From NCBI RefSeq assembly GCF_009914755.1, contig NC_060947.1: a stretch of DNA of 64,000 nt; one strand, 5' to 3'. Shown here piece after piece: positions 61,434 to 64,000 of this stretch; within the stretch, counting starts at the first letter, position 1, and every line of letters begins with the position of its first letter. The position numbers were made by a program, and so were the translations under genes. Source of the stretch: the human T2T-CHM13v2.0 reference genome, Homo sapiens. Below the pieces are notes generated by a model, which was given only the letters and a program-made list of their open reading frames with translations, ran no database searches and had not been told where the DNA came from.

Positions 61434-62318
61434 TTTGTTTTCTTTCTCCCACTTTCCTTGTGTTTTGTACAATAAGGGGTTGGGAAGCAATGTACAGGGG
61501 CAGCAGCGGCATCCATGGGCTAGAAGAGGCAGTGACACTGTATGCCTCCTACAGTCATTCAGGACAATGTCAGGCGTGCCGTGGATTTTTTCCATCAGCT
61601 AATCACACACACCCCATGGTGCTGAGGCAAAGGCAAAGGTTGAGCAGTTCTTGGTTGAGGACACTCTACTTGGTATTCTCTAGGATGCAATGGTCCATGT
61701 GCAGCACCGGAAAGGCACAGGAGGTTGAGGCCGGCAAGGTGGGGCAGCATGGTGGTTGGAGCATTCTGTAGCATCAGCAGCCCCTGGGAGGTTTTCTTCA
61801 CCAGCAGCAGACGCCCAATACCACCAACCAGTGTGTTCTCCCCACCCCCGCACCGACTGTTTGCTGGGCCTCTGGGGGACTACCTGGCATAGGGTCCTCC
61901 AGAATGTGTACACGCAGGTGGCTACATGGAAGTCTGCCCAGCTTAGCAGTTTCTGATGGGTACATGTACACCATAAGGTTGCGGTCTCTGCTGGACCCCA
62001 GGATACTGGCTAGGCACTGCCTGCCATGAAGTCCATGGTGTACACCTTGAGGAACTTGGCGTCCTGGGACATGTGGCTCAGTATCTTGCTCTCCTCTTGG
62101 TAGTGACATCTGCAGCCAGATGAAGTTCTTCACGCTACTCATCTGGTGGATGTATAGCTGGTGTCCACCAAGGCCATGCCTGTCGGCTCACTGGCCCTCA
62201 GGATCCACAGGAAGCTCTTCTGGCTGATGACTGACACCAGGTGGCCATTGCAGGGCACAGGACAGTCATGGGCCCCCTCAATTTCTTCCCATACAGGATC
62301 TGGAACTTGTTCCTGACC
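61434..62318 (-). pseudogene. CPSF1P2: 5'-truncated processed pseudogene of CPSF1 (CPSF160), C-terminal part
   Basis: Frameshifted minus-strand peptides [50 protein letters not shown] and LLMLQNAPTTMLPHLAGLN match the recalled CPSF1 C-terminus; intronless; TAG at 61522-61520. The P2 numbering is from memory. Confidence 0.88.
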
Positions 62319-62362
62319 ATATAGTAAATGTATGTTTAGTTTATTAGGAAACTGCAACACTA

Positions 62363-62626
<264 letters not shown>

Positions 62627-62639
62627 AGTAAATTCATCA

Positions 62640-64000
62640 GTAAACAAAAAGACAAAAGTTCAGGCCTTCACCAAGCTTACACTAGGGAAGGGTGGAAGTA
62701 CAGACAGATGAGTAATAAGATAAATAAGAATATTACATGGTATATGTAGGAGGTACATGCTATGAAAAAAAATAAGCTGTGAAGATGTACATAAGGAGAT
62801 CTGGAGAGTTATAAATTAAAATAGTGTACTCAGAGAAGGCCTTGAGGGAAAGTGACACTTGAAAATGTGACCTATGAGAAAGCACTTGCAGGAAGTGAAA
62901 GTTCCTGGAGGTACCTGGAGAAAGAGGATTCCAGGTCAAGGGAAAGCAAGTGGGAGAGCTCTTGGATGGAAGCATGCTGGCGTGACTGGAAACAGCTGGT
63001 GTGGTGGAAACAGTATGAGCGAGGAAGCTAGCAGTTGATGATGAGGTCAGGGAACTAACAGGGGCCCGATCATGTACAGCCAGTGGAAGGACTTTGACTT
63101 TTGCTCCTGCTTGAGCCATGGCTTGAGAGCCATGGGAGGGTTTCATAAAAAGGATGGTAGAATCTGACTTCTCTTGTAAAAGGATTGCCCAGGTTACTAT
63201 GTTAAGCAGGAAGGCAAAGATAGAAGGAGAAACAGCAGTTAGGAGGTGATTTCAGCAATGCAGGCAGATGAGAGCATGGTAGCTTGGACCAAGGTGATAA
63301 TAATGACAGTGATCAGAAGGAGTCATATTGTGCATTTATTTTCAAAGTAGCACATCGGGATTTGCTGATGGATTGGAAAAAGGTGTTAGAAAAGTCAAGA
63401 ATGACCTCTCTTGTGGCCTTAGAAACTGGGAATAATGAAGGACAAGCGAGTCTGGGGAGGGTAGAGATAAGAAGTGTCATTTTTAACATATTAAAATTTG
63501 AAATATGTACTAGGTATACAAGTGTAGAGATATTAAATAGGCAACTAGATGTACAAGTTGTAATTTAGAGAAGAGGTTTGGCCAGAGATATAAATTTGAG
63601 AGTTGATAGTAGATGGTGTTTAAAGCCATCAGATCAGATGAAATGACCAAGGGAGAGAGGAGAGATGAAGACAAGACTGATTCCTCGAGCACTCCCACCT
63701 TAGGAGATCAGGAATCCACGGAGGAACTCATAAGAAAACTAAGAAAGTAGCCATGAGATAGGAGAAAATCCAGAACAGTGTCCTGGAAACAAGTGAAGAA
63801 AAATGTTTCAAGAAGAAGAGAGAGATCAGCTGAGTTAAATTCTACTGATGGGTTAAATAAAATGAGAACAATATTACATTTGGCAATGTGGAAGTCACTG
63901 GTGTCTTTGACGAGATCCATTTTGGTAGAGTCATGGAAGATGAAAGCTTGATAAGAGTGCATTTAAAAGAAAATGGAAAAGAGGGAACTTCTGATTGTGT
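62640..64000 (-). mobile_element. L2
   Basis: 'agaaggccttgagggaaagtgacacttgaa', 'ggtgtttaaagccatcagatcagatgaaatgacc', 'ttggcaatgtggaagtcactggtg'. Confidence 0.85.

Noticed and set aside
61367-61771. 134-aa plus-strand ORF
   Set aside because: Spans L1 sequence and the antisense of the CPSF1 pseudogene

Overview
Primate (very likely human X chromosome, Xp11.23) genomic DNA, dominated by interspersed repeats (L1, L2, Alu, MIR, MaLR/ERV, hAT and TcMar DNA transposons). The only convincing protein-coding gene is the intronless deubiquitinase retrogene USP27X (+ strand, stop at 31514). It sits in a CpG island that acts as a bidirectional promoter with the divergent lncRNA USP27X-DT/AS1. The first in-frame ATG (30198, 438 aa) falls inside the last CxxC of a ZnF-UBP domain, while the frame is open back to 29187. 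The sequence therefore points to non-AUG initiation: a CTG at 29604 in strong Kozak context (636 aa), preceded by a repeat-built ladder of six Kozak-context GTG codons. Also present: a decayed CPSF1 processed pseudogene (61434-62318, - strand), a complete THE1-like MaLR provirus, an hAT MITE with intact termini inside the promoter, and small L1-mediated insertion oddities. Repeat subfamily names and gene identities come from recall of consensus sequences, not from database searches; repeat boundaries are approximate unless a TSD is quoted.
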